The translations under genes were made by a program, and so were the position numbers. Below the pieces are notes generated by a model. That model did not search any database. It was not told where the DNA came from and saw only the letters and a program-made list of their open reading frames with translations. A DNA stretch of 64,000 nt, taken from Lingula anatina. Its lineage: Eukaryota > Animalia > Brachiopoda. Positions 51,266 to 64,000 of this stretch are shown in pieces. The first letter of the stretch is position 1; every line of letters starts with the position of its first letter. Location: contig CM120642.1 in NCBI GenBank assembly GCA_051362555.1, forward strand, positions 4,340,001-4,404,000. The letters run 5' to 3'.

Positions 51266-54200
51266 TCAGGTATTTTGTTCATCTGATTTCTCATCAGTGA
51301 AAGCGGAGTCAGATGAGTCCGAAGACGTGACTATGGTACACTGTGAATTGTGAAGACTGGCATTCTGGTGATCCTAAAAGTACAATTATTTAATCCCTTC
51401 ATACTAATGGAATAAAAAGACATTAAATCCTTTAAAAGTACGATGCTTGTATATTGTAAAGCATTGAGAAGTAGAGTAGTATGCAAAATTACAACAGACG
51501 GCATGCTTTGCTACCTTAATTTTGTATACAAGACTGGAAGAATTCAGAACACATTCGGATAATTGAACAAAGTCCTTTCAAAATTTATGCATCATTTTCT
51601 TTCTGCATTTAAAATATTTTGAGTTGATGCTTTTGTCAAAAGTAGGACGTATTTTTTTATTAATGTAAAGAAGTCGGTGTGTAGCTCTATTGGGGGGGGG
51701 GGGTAAATAAACATCCAAATATCTGGAAAAATCCAGGACTTTTATCTCTACATTATATTTTTACTTCTAAAACTGTACCAAAAAATCTCTTACACTTTCA
51801 TCTTCTTCACTGGCAAATGCAGGGTTATGGAAGGCATGTTCTACCAAGTGTTCTTCATCCGTCTGCTTTACTTGGTTGTGTCTGTTGCTATACTTGATTA
51901 GGAGAAGATGTGATTTCATTCTGAAAATGAAAAAATGTAAAAATTAGCTTTTGAGCACCACTGTTTGATTAGGTGTTCGTATACTAAATGCATGCAACTC
52001 TTAAGTTCATCTAGAAGTAAAATTCCAGTCTTAAAACCTTTACATCGCACTTTTAAGCATGGAAGCCAAGAAAACAAAGGACAGTAAACACACACACGCA
52101 CACAAAATTTTATTAATTAATTTTTACACCAGTTTGCAAGTACCCTCCAAGATCCATATAAAACCTGTCCTGTGTACCGCACTACATGCTGGGCACCTAC
52201 CTCTGTTTCTTACAATAACAGGACACAGCAGCAACGATGACCGTGATGACAACCAGGACAGACATCACGGGGATGACTACAATGCTCAGGTCACCAGCTT
52301 CCTCCTTCCCCTCAGGTTTCTCATTGGTCAGATTGGATGAGATCATGACCTCACAACTGGGGCCAGTAAAACCTTTCCAACATCTGAAATAGAGGAGTAA
52401 TGCTAAAATCACTAAAGACACGTGATGTTCATTAGAGCCCAAAACTTTAACTTCAGATTTTTACCTTAATTCTGAAAAAAAACTATACTAAGCAGGGGTG
52501 GCAAAATTAGCAAAAAATAAAAAATTCCCAATTTCATACAAAATGTGCTCAAAATCAGTCTACCATACATATCTTTGAACATCTAAAGATACCAGCTGTT
52601 CAATATTAGAGCCCAAAATTTCAGATGGATTTTTACTTAAATTTTGAAAAGCATCAATATGGGAGGTTACAAAATCAGAAAAAAAAACTCTACAGTTCAT
52701 CTTAAATGTGGAAAAAAATCACTTGACTTACACACAAATGCCTCCCTCACAATTTCCTCCATTTAAACATGTGGCAATGCATAGTTTGGTTTTGTTTGGC
52801 AAATCAATGTTTACAGAAGGACCTAATATGACATGAAAAAAATGTATAACCATGATAAAAATATTATTAAAAAAATAGAAAAATATATGGTGAAAGTGTA
52901 TTTCTAGAGGCAATATGGAAGAAAAACATCAAATATCTGTAGTAAAATATACAGACAGTTAATTTTCAGAGAACATCAAAATTCTCTAATAAAATATCCT
53001 GACAGTTAATTTTCTGTAATGTCATCTAAAGCCAACTTCAATAAGTTATCTAACGCATTATACCACATGGATCTCCTCATTAACACTGATCAAGTAAATG
53101 TCACACAAGTTACTCACCTTCATTATCCACATGTTCTCTCTCTGGATATCCATTACTGGGGACTTGAACTGTCACCATGGAAATTGATTTTGTGTGGGCC
53201 CCTTGTGCTTCATGTTCATTCAATGTCCTTGTAGTTGTACTACTCACAGTTGTTACATCACCCCCAGACTCTCCTTTTACATTATCCAATTGATTCCTGG
53301 CTGTCACAGTGGGAGGTGTCAGTTTGTGTGTTGCTATAGGGTGTTTGTAACTCACTGGAATTGTCATGGTAACATCAGTGTCAATGGCAACGGACCCACC
53401 TCTTGGCACTGCAGGATATTCAGTTGTCATGGTTGATGCCGTCTGTTGTTTTTCAGTAACCCCTTCTTGAGGTTTAAGAAGTTCCAAATTTGACTCATGC
53501 ACAGCTTTTGTACTAGGACCAAAGAAACTTTTGGCAGTGGATGCAGATAAAGAAATTGTATTTTTTCTGTCCAGATAAACAGGAGTAGTAGCGACAGAAC
53601 TAATACCAGAAATCTCAGGTGTTGCACCACTGGTAAAGGGTTTTGTAATTTGACACAAGTGACCAGCTTCCAGTGTGTATCCTCTTGGACATGCACAGCT
53701 GGCTCCACCTGGTTTCAGCAGACAGAGGTGACTACACTTGGGTTGGAGGGGTTCACAATAATTATACCCTATACGAAAGAAAATCATTCGATACATGTCA
53801 TTGAAAAAAACATCTGCGATACCACTGAATATATACCTGTTATAGAAATCTAAAGATGAATTTATTTGTGCTGTGTGTTAGGAGAATTGATGAAAAAATA
53901 AATTTCAACATCATTAGCTATGACTATATAATCATATAGTGGTGATTCACAAACGAATTCACAACCAACTTATGAATGAGCATTACAATTTAAAGCCATT
54001 TATTTTTTCAAACTTTCAAACTATTTTATTTAACATTTTCTAAAAACAGAAAATTACCTGTAGGTTGTCGTAAAGGGTGATAGACCTGTATCCCCATTGG
54101 TCTGTGGAATAATTCAGGCAGAGAGGTTCTGTTGTCCCCACTGAACTTGTTAAGTACTGTCACTGTACCTGTAGTCCACTCTGAGACATACAGGGTGTCC

Positions 54201-57200
54201 TCAAATACTGTGACACTGAATGGGTGCTGCATGCCCCTGCTTGTTACCACTCGCCTAGAGGGGTAAACAAATATATGCTTACTGACTACCCTCTACCAGG
54301 GCAATATATTGAATTTTCACAGATATGTCTCTTGATAAAAATACAGTCATTTTGGTCTGGGTTGTTTTTCCCTATATAATCTGCCACCCTGGTAGAGGGT
54401 ACTGCATAGTAGGTAATTCAATAAATTTTCAAACTACTTAAATTACCTCTAATGTTTTACACTTTTTGCTGCAGTAGATTGCTTAATAATTCAAAAGATC
54501 TGCTACATGTACCATAATGATTTATGTATGTTTTGTTGTTTTTCTTGAAACAGATGTTCTGATTTTAATATTATTCCATATAAATCTAACAAGAACATCA
54601 ACTTGAAGTATACAGCTATAAGCACAGTGTACAGTTATGATTTGATCTTCCAATGGCCAAAATAGTGAATTTTAGAGACCAATACTGTACTTTTTAAGTC
54701 AAAAATTCTTTAAAAAAGAACATTCTAATTCAGTGGCAGTGACAACATTGAAAAGATGACTATACCCTATATTTATATTCAAAACAGTATAAGCTAGCAC
54801 AACAAATGCTACACAGAAATATAAATTGTACAATTCCAAAATTACATATCTGAAGGATTGATAAATTTTTCATGGAAAAGACAGAGTCAATACTGTAATC
54901 CTACCCCCCCCCCCCAAAACCCTACCTGTGTTGCCCATTAAAGTCTGCCACCTCAATGTGGTCAAACTTTGCATCCACCCAGTACAGCCTGTCCAGCACA
55001 AAGTCCACAGTCAGTCCATTCGGCCAGATGACCTTGTCCCCAATGACCAGCTGTCTGTGCTGGCCGTCCATCCAGGCTCTCTCTATCTTGGCATCATACC
55101 CCCAGTCAGACCAGAACATTAGCCTGACACACCAGGAGAACATTTATATATTAATGATATCGAAGAAAAATAATGTAGAAGAAAATTAACAAAGTGGCCA
55201 GGATATACGAGTTTTTTCCCACAAAAGCAATGAACATTTTGAGTCCTGCCAGTGAAAGGTATGCACACTTGCACTCTGTGTAATATATTTACTTAATTAA
55301 TTGATTAATAAAGTAAATAACACAAAAAATGGTAACTTATTACAAACATGATTGTCAATGGACATCAGGTTTCAACACTTATTCACTCTAACCATATCTC
55401 AAGAAACACGCCAAAACAATTATCATTACTAAGCTCTGTAGCAGCTAGCTGTCTCGCCAGATAACAAGATCAAATCCCAATGCACATCATCTAATCACTC
55501 ACCCTATCTTAGGATGTAACACAATAGCTCTGGGCTGGTCCAAACTTTTGTGTATTAACACAGAACATACATCTCCATCACCACTGCAAGCTGTGACTTG
55601 TTTGGTTCCAGCATCTGATGGAGAGAAGACATTAAAATGGACAGGTGGGTCCAGGGATTGATTATGCACTTTCACTGTCACCTTGCTTTTTTGCCATTCT
55701 CTCTTTCTACAGTAGCACAATGTTCAAAGTTTTCCAGTTTATATTTGCAGCTCATTAGTATTCTCACTGCCCTTAAGTACAGGCACATACATTAAAGCTT
55801 TTATTATGTCCCAGTATGTGCTTAATTCACAACTAATGTGAGGTAGTCAATCTGTTGATGCAATTTTAGAATCATTAAAAATATATTTCTGTGTAGCATT
55901 TTTGTTGCTTTTATTGTATAGAATAGAAGTAAAAAAAACATAGCCTGCAAAACATAGTTTTGCTTTTACCACACGATAGGAATGTTTCAATTTCAAGAAT
56001 TTGTGACTTTAAAAAATATGTGTACAGCATCTATAAAACTCACGATTTTCCACACTGAAAAGATCGAGTCAAATAATGAATTCACAGTAAATTTTGGAAA
56101 TATCAAGGTTACTAGTTAAACTAACAGCAGTGCAGTACAGCAACGTTTTCAAATCTGCAACAAAAATTACAAAATTAAAAAATAAATAAATACATAAAGG
56201 ACCTTTAATGGTGAAATTTATAATTAAGCTTGATTTGATTCATGGGTAATCTGAAGGTTTCAAATTTTTGCCAGAAAGAAGTATTATTTCATCCAGAAAA
56301 CAGTATTATACCTGTGTAGTATATATTGCCTGCTACCCAGTCCACTGCTAGTCCATCTGGTCTGGACAACCCGGTCACTACTGACCTGTGGACACCCTGG
56401 TCACCACTTCCTCCTGCCTTCATTGACTTGATAGTGTCCTAGGAAAATTATTCAAAATTAGTGTATGACTCAAGAAAACTAAAAAGTACATCTCCTTCCC
56501 CCCCTCCACCCACAAAAAAATGATACAATTAATTATAGATTGAATCTGAAACTATTTTTCTTTTCTGTATTCTTTCTCTCTCTTTTCTTTTTTTGCTTCA
56601 ACAATATATTTACCAGACGAATATTGCAAAACATATCCATGTTTCTCCATTATTTTTACAAAAATATCTGTTTTTACATTTCATCTTTCTAATTAAACAA
56701 ATAAACATTTTATGCACAATGCTGTAAACAAATTGGTCCTGTTCTCTCCTGATCTCTGTAAGGACAACTGACAATTTGCGATAAACTTTTTTTTCTTCTA
56801 CTGTCACGCAAACTAGAAAGGTTCACCCCAGTTCCCTTACAGCCTCACTCCAGTAGATGGTTTGTGTCAGCCAATCATAGTCTAGAGCTATAATCAAGTG
56901 CTGACTGGTGACAACTGCAGACAGGTGACTGCCGTCACGATGGCTGGTAAACACTGAAGCTCCAGCAGCAAACAGGAGGCTGGGGAGTGGGCCTGTAATG
57001 TAATGGAATATATCAGATCAGTGACATAAATCTATATATATTTTGTTTGTTTTAATTTTGTAAGGTGCTTTTGTCTGTGGAAGGGTAGGGTGTTGTAGAT
57101 TTTCAAATATTAAAATGACATTTAAATTAATTTACAGACACATTAAATCAATGAACTGATAATTAAAAACAAATCTCCAGCTCATTCAAAATTCATATAA

Positions 57201-60200
57201 ATTCATAAAAAAAAACAACAAATCCATTCTATGGCATAGACACACAGTAAATAAACTGGGTATGTAAGACAATTAACTAACCCCACTAGATAATAACACA
57301 ACAAACTTCACATAATATCCTACATCACCTCCGCAGACCTACATTCATATGCAAGCTTATCTTATCAAGGACACCCTGAGTACTGGAGGTCAGGTCACCA
57401 CTGGAGGGGACAGATTATAAGTAATGAGGTATCTTTAGTGACCTCAGACACTCAGGGTGAGGTACAGAGGTTTAGTGTGTGACCCTTAGCGGCTGTAGGA
57501 ACCAGACCATGATATGACACACGTAAAGTAACGTTGTTGGTTCACTGGTGTCACACTGAGCTAGGACACTACCATAAAACCACTGCATGGTGACATTTTC
57601 ATGAAAGCATTCGAGTGACAGACTGAGCAGGTGAGAATATATTATTACTGTAACTCTATGTCATTCCTAACCTTTCATCTTTTGGCTGGAATGCCACAAG
57701 ATGGTGTCCATACACAAAAGAATTATATTAAGGTTACCATTACAAAAATATTATCATGATCTCTAGCAGGTCTGAAGGTGGGGAGGGGGAGGGGTGGTAA
57801 GGGTGGGGATGGTAAGGGTGGAGGTCGTAAGGGTGGGGGATTCAAACAAACTTCCTTTTTGGTCAGATAAGGTCTGTTTTGAAACAAAATTTTTATCTAG
57901 GTACGGTGTCATTTCTCATGCTGGGTCTGCTAAAGGGATAAAGAGGTCCATCTTTTACATTTGTAACACACAAAAACAATCCTCAGCCATTTAGAAAATA
58001 TTGACTTCAGGCCTGTCAGATGATTAAATATCTACCAAAGTACACATACATGTATCTATCATGGCTGACTATGTCATTGACAGCAATTATCACTTTTGGC
58101 CAGGTATATCAAGCACAATTATAATAATTACACAGTCAACCAAGGTCAGCATATTATCAAACTGGGAATGAAATAATTATTTTCTTATCTTTCTAGTAAA
58201 GCCAATTCAATTAGGTGAATTAACCAGGCTTCAGCAGGAAACTTTAAGCAACCATGTTCCAATTTTCTTATTTATCGAGGTTCTATATAGAGATAGTACA
58301 CAAAGGGACAGAAAAACCACCAATTCAGCTGAGGCAAAGACCTATCAGAAACGGACAGATATAAAATTAACCTATTCAATAGAATTAGTAATAAAGAGGT
58401 TTAAGTACATGCTAATAAAAATAAAAATTAAAAAAATTATTTTAAAAAAAACAGTGCTATTCATCCATATGCAGTGTAAGTCTAATCCTGATATTTTCAC
58501 AGACCCACAGTGGCCATGTCTTATGACACCAGTCAGAAGTTCACTTTGTTTGATGTCAGACTCCACCGAAACAGCAGCCTTGGTAGACAAGTCCATTGCT
58601 TTAATATAGAGAAAAACCCACACAAGACACCTAATATATGTGGACTCACTGTGAACCACCGAAATGATATCGTATTGATGGATGGAAAAGCACAAAGGCT
58701 GAAGGTCATCAATTTGTATTCCATTCAAACTTATATAATTTTCTCATTTAAATTATCAATTGATAAATTAGTTCTATTTAATTTGACTGAGTATAGTTGA
58801 GAATATTCAATGATTATGAATTTAATTTACCAATCAATATTATTAATTTTGATCTTATTGTCAATGTTTGGATTATTCGCTGAAACTATTAACCAAACAG
58901 AATTCAGTCCTATCAAATGAAATAATTATTTAAAGTTACTTTCATACTCATTTACTTCATGTTATTATACAATACAATATACAAAGTTTTCAACCAGAAT
59001 AATAGTTGTACATACGTTACCAAGGCTTGATTATGTTACACAGCCACTAACAATCTCTATTAATATGCATCATTTGATAAAATAACTGAACACAAAAAAA
59101 ATACCAGTAAAATTATAATTGTTTCACAACAAAACAATCTAAAGGTTTACTAAAAATTTTGCAAAAAAAAAAAAGTGATATGAATTAAACAACTAGCTTC
59201 ACAGGATTTTAATACACATAAAAAATTAAATATTAACACGTTTTCAATTCTTCTCATTCAGACATTTCGGTACAGTGGAACCCAAAGGCATCAATTTGGC
59301 TCCACGTTATTCAGCAAGATATTTGTCCAGCCTAAAGATGTGGCTATCCTGTCCAACAGGAACATAGCCATAGCTGACCCGGGGGACGGAGTGGCTAAGA
59401 TATATGACCGGACTGGTCACTACTTGCTCCAGTGTGGACGCGACCTCCTGATGTCACCCTGCAGCGTGACGACCAATCATAAGGGAGAAATCCTCCTATT
59501 GGATAGTTATTTACGCCAGGTTCATTTCTTCACCCCTCATGGGCACCACCTGTGCCACATACCAATAGAAATCACCCAGGAGATGGACGACGACTGCTAC
59601 ATCGCCGTTAATAAATTTAATGGCGACATTCTACTGTCTGACAACATTGGCAACAAGGTGAAAGCTTTCAGTCAGAAAGGAGAACTGCTGTGGGAACAGG
59701 GTGGGCTTGAAGAAGGACAAAGCCAGATGCTTGACCCCTGTGGCATATGCTCAGATATCTATGGCAATGTATTTGTTGCTGAGAAAAATAACTATAAAGT
59801 CACGATGCTCTCTCATGATGGCACATTTAAGGGGTATATCGCCACTGAGGATAACAAGATAGATGTCCCCCAGGTTGTGGCAATAGACAACTATGGGCAA
59901 TTGGTTGTTGGGGAGGCATACAGTGGGAAAGTCAAGTTCTTCACGTACCAACCATGAAAGAAGTGTTCATAATCTAGAGGGCACTTCAAAGCACAAGCAG
60001 AAAAAGTTGTTTTGAAAATGCAAAGAAACCTGAATTCAGAGGAAATTATATTCCACCTATAGAAACCATCAATACAATTTGTGAAGAGAAATTTTTAGAT
60101 ATATCCTGTCCACTTACTAATGGACAATCAACTTCAAGGCATAGCTGACCTCTTTTGCTGATGTGAGCAATACGAACTACATGCTGTGGAGAGTGAAATT

Positions 60201-61564
60201 TGTCTGTTGTGCCTTAATGGGATAAAAAGCTAAAAAGTCCAGACCTATGACTCCCAAGCATAATTTTACATTAAAAAAAAAAGGGGGAAGTGACTCAAAA
60301 ATCATTTATGACTCAGCTGAGACAAGTCACTTAACTTAGAACCTATCAACATATCCTGAATTTTTTTTCCTTTTTTTTTAGGTATTCTTCCTTCAGTATT
60401 CTTATTGAGAGTATTGATATTTTCTTGTAAACTTCACTTAATATCATGCACATTAAACATTAGTGATGAGGCATGTGATATAACATAATGGGAGAAGAAA
60501 AACAGATTTCATTCACATTTAAAGTGCCAAATATTCTGTGATACTTATCATAAAATGGAATTTCCATTGACAATTTTTGAAATCATCATCATGATCATTA
60601 TTTCATATCAAGTTGTATTTTCAATAATTTATGATCAGCAAAACAAAAAAAGACTGATATTATTTTCAATAAAAAATTCTTAATTTTTATCAAATAACTT
60701 CTAGCTAGTTGGTGTTAATCATTTCATCTTCTCAACTTTGACAGAGGTGAGAAGTCTAAAAAAAAATCAATATCTCTATTCCACAATGAGCTAAGTACAA
60801 CCAAATACAGAACAACATATATTGTTTTTATGTCCATCCTTGTTAGCACCCACACTCAGTCACACCAGAGTTGTCCAAGGTGTTAATATCAAGGCTACAT
60901 ACTACATTATTACTTAGCCTAGGAGGTTATGTTTCTTGTTCTGTTAATACTTTGTTTGTGAGTTTTTCTGTCAGCAACTTTATGCAAGGAGTTATGGATG
61001 GATTTCAATGAAATCTTCAGGACAGGTCAGAAATGGAACAACGAACAAATGACTAGATTTTGGTGGTGATACGTACTTCACTTAAGTAAAGGTTAATTTA
61101 TTTAGTAATTAATTATTTATCTTGATGGAGGTCTCTGAGTGCTTTACTTTATATTACCTGTACTTGCTTTACATGTTTTCTCATCAGACTGTAGCTGGTA
61201 TCCATGCTTGCAGTCACACCTGTAGCTGCCCTTGGTGTTAAAGCACACCTGGTCACAGAGGGGAGCAGTGGCACTGAGAGGCTGGTCACATTCATTCACA
61301 TCTGAAAGTAATATATATATATACAGCAGGAAAATTTTCAAGCATATTAAGCTGAGGTGAATATGAACATTACCAAACCTACAGCATTGATTTGCCTTAT
61401 TTTCTAAACTGTGCAAAGGAAATGACACAGAACATGTGTGTGCCATGTGCTTGCATATTTCAATGTTACATGGATGTTTTCAAGCATAACTGAAAGCCTG
61501 CAGAAGCACCTACTAGTATGTAAATTTTGTGTGAAAACATGCATACGTGACATGCACCCGTACA

Positions 61565-61597
<33 letters not shown>

Positions 61598-63879
61598 GTG
61601 TGTGTGCATCAGAGCTGTACATACCTATGCAGACCATTCCATCACTGAGCAGAGTGAAGCCCTCTCTACACTGACACACAGGGCCTGCAGGGGTGCTGCG
61701 GCATATGTCACTACAACCCCCCTTCAGCGTGGAACATGAGCTGTCTGGAAAAGATAACCAAAAGCTGTCACTGTGAAACCACACACAATCCTCAATGTCA
61801 CATCTTCATCTTGCCCTCTTTTTCACGGTTACACCCAGCACACTAATACAGACTACATCATTGTCACACTTAACATAATTTCCATCTTGTCACAATCACC
61901 TCCCCATCAAAACCTGCACACCACCACACAGCCTCATTGTCAAACCTATATATCACTATTGAACTATGCTCCTTTATCATTGCCACAAAATCACACAAAC
62001 ACATGCGCTGTCACATCCACCACAGTTAATACATTAGCTGTCACACCTAAGACACTGTCACACCTAACACACTGTCACAACTAACACAACTTGTCACAAC
62101 ACACTGTCACAACTAACACACTGTCACAACACACTGTCACAACTAACACACTGTCACAACTAACACATCACAATGTGACACTCACCCTACCTACCACATT
62201 GTCCACCCTCATCTGATCCGTCTCTACAGTGCTGGGTGCCATCACACACCTGCTGGTAGACCAGACACTCTCCACTGCCACACTGGTACATGTCTGCACC
62301 ACACACAGCAGCTGGAAATGCATTGTTTTACCTCAATAAATTAGACTACATAATTTCACTACACTACTAATTTCACTTGCTATTCAACTTCTAATGAGTT
62401 TCATCAGTCTATAATCTTTTAATTTTTACTTTACCTGAAAGTATTAATACATGGTTCAATAATCATAGCTATTACAGCTGAGCTCAGAAATATTGAAAGT
62501 TTACCAAAAGTCACAATTTCTAACAACTTCAATGGTTACGTTTTAAAAACGCCACCCTCCTTAATGAATGGCTTGTGTTACATGCACACTATGTATGTTT
62601 GCTCACTGTGTTATTGTTGGACAATAGTTTGGTTACTCATTGCAGCTGGGGGTGTTTTCCCCAGAGGTGTCACCTCTAATACCCCATGATAATCACTGTT
62701 AACAATAGAGTAACTCTTGGTAACATAAGGTATCAAACAGATAACAATCTGGAGTGTTTATGAGCTCAACTGTTTACCATATTATTATTATTATTATTAC
62801 TACTAAATAAGTGCTATAGTGAGGGGTTCCATCTGAATAATGGTTTTAAACCACTGACAATATAAAATATTATTGTGGTAAATCACACTTAGGGTATAAC
62901 ATGCTTTTATGGAAACAACAAAACAGAAATATATGTCAGTAAAAGTGACATCTAGGGTGCAAAGCCACAGTATGTTGTCAAAATTTCAGATAAAAAAAAA
63001 AGAGTCCAGAAAAAATAGGTTAAAATAATTAAGAGAAGCAAAACTAAAAGAACACTACCACTGTCTATATTTCCATTATTGTCTTTCTTCTGCACCATAT
63101 CTGTCCTGGGGCGGCTACACTCAAACTCGTCCACTCCGTCTTCGCAGTCTCGGAAACCGTCACACACCCAGTGACCGGGTATACATGTATCATTATCACC
63201 ACAGAGGAACTCAGAAATGTCACAAGTGACCAGACCTAGAAGATAAAAATCACTGGTTGTCACAAACTGCTGTGAGACAAACAGTGGGTAGAGTGTGTCA
63301 CTCCTGGTGACTGAGACCACAGGAGATCTCAAAATAGTCAAATATTAAAAGTACATGTAACTGGAAACTGAAAACCATGCAGAGTCGTGATGATACAAGC
63401 AATTCTGTGTCATTCTGTACAATAAATTATTTCATCAGCTAGAGAGGCCTTATTGTTTGGCAGAGTAAGATTAGGAATCCAATCATTGATTTTCACTCAT
63501 TTTACACCTAGTGTATTACCATAATGATATATCCTATACCACAGTCCACGTAGAAAACAACTGTCCAGATATAAAGTCTTTCACATCATGAATGTAATAT
63601 ATCTTTCACACTTGGTGTTTTCTTCTCAACACCATTGTGGTATATTGGACAACAAGGTGTAAATGAGTGAGTCCGAGTTATTAAGATACAAATTTGTTGA
63701 AAATATCGCTAATGCCAGGCACTGTGTTATCTGTTATGTGTTGGTTACATAATCTTTACCACAGTTTTTTTCATCCTCCCCCAGAGGGCACTGCTGGTGC
63801 TCATCACAGACCTGGTGCGGTGGCAGACAGGGGCCCATGGTACATTGAAACCAGGGGGGAGAACACTCAGATGCCACAC
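51266..63879 (-). CDS. LDL-receptor-family protein, 3' part (5' end beyond the window); exons 63760-63879, 63059-63235, 62195-62311, 61625-61744, 61158-61301, 56841-56992, 56312-56438, 55503-55614, 54926-55123, 54058-54254, 53118-53768, 52732-52822, 52201-52383, 51794-51920, 51266-51373
   Basis: At least 3 LDLa repeats ([13 protein letters not shown]), EGF plus Ca-binding EGF (DVNEC), YWTD propeller (YWSE, YYTD, FWSD, YWVD, YVSE), EGF, Thr-rich stalk, EGF, TM, cytoplasmic FHNPAF. Intron phases are consistent throughout. Confidence 0.9.
58516..59957 (+). CDS. Stand-alone NHL-repeat beta-propeller protein (TRIM2/3/71-like NHL domain only), about 294 aa, nested antisense in an LDLR-family intron; exons 58516-58704, 59262-59957
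   Basis: NHL blades [43 protein letters not shown]; in-frame splice. The donor GTCATC is weak, so the N-terminus is less certain. Confidence 0.8.
60908..61146 (+). mobile_element. Short degenerate HINE/Helentron-like element; a similar remnant at about 27105-27370
   Basis: TTATTAC...GGAGGTTATG start, GT-rich stretch, GGATGGATTTCAATGAAA core and ...GGAGGTCTCTGAGTGCTTT end, typical of such families. Recognition by resemblance only. Confidence 0.45.
62030..62170. repeat. 13-17-bp minisatellite (CACACTGTCACAACTAA)n next to an LDLa exon donor
   Basis: Directly visible tandem units. Confidence 0.9.
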
Positions 63880-64000
63880 CTGAAATAAAATGCGATATCT
63901 CAATGAGATGTCAGGAATACAGGGATGAGACTGCCAATTGGTGAAAAAGTCAGTAAATAGGGGGACATGGGGTCCAGTGGGCCACCTAGGCCAATGATAG

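Noticed and set aside
52430-52710. Degenerate tandem duplication of about 170 bp in an LDLR-family intron
   Set aside because: Ordinary intronic duplication that does not include the splice site.

Overview
AT-rich, intron-containing animal genomic DNA, most likely a marine invertebrate (lophotrochozoan-like; inferred, not proven). It is not prokaryotic. All gene models were assembled by hand from GT-AG junctions and frame continuity. (1) Three short-chain dehydrogenase/reductase (SDR) copies: two tandem on +, and one inverted, frameshifted, transposon-disrupted pseudogene on -. They look like a stand-alone form of the terminal reductase (R2) domain of NRPS-like ATRR glycine-betaine reductases and differ mainly at substrate-pocket positions. 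(2) A 7-exon, 909-aa type I membrane protein (signal peptide-Sushi-LamG-LamG-mucin-Sushi-TM). (3) A single-ORF XK-related membrane protein on -. (4) An 11-exon GEN1 Holliday-junction resolvase with an eroded C-terminal tail and duplicated decoy splice acceptors. (5) The 3' part of an LDL-receptor-family gene on -, with an antisense stand-alone NHL beta-propeller gene nested in one intron. The non-coding DNA is dense in non-autonomous DNA transposons (Academ-like, Tc1/mariner-like, Helentron/HINE-like, CACTA-like, Harbinger-like and 5-bp-TSD MITEs, a pogo remnant), and the first 24 kb is a mosaic inverted duplication. No tRNA, rRNA or CRISPR array was recognised. Family assignments come from remembered motifs, not database searches.
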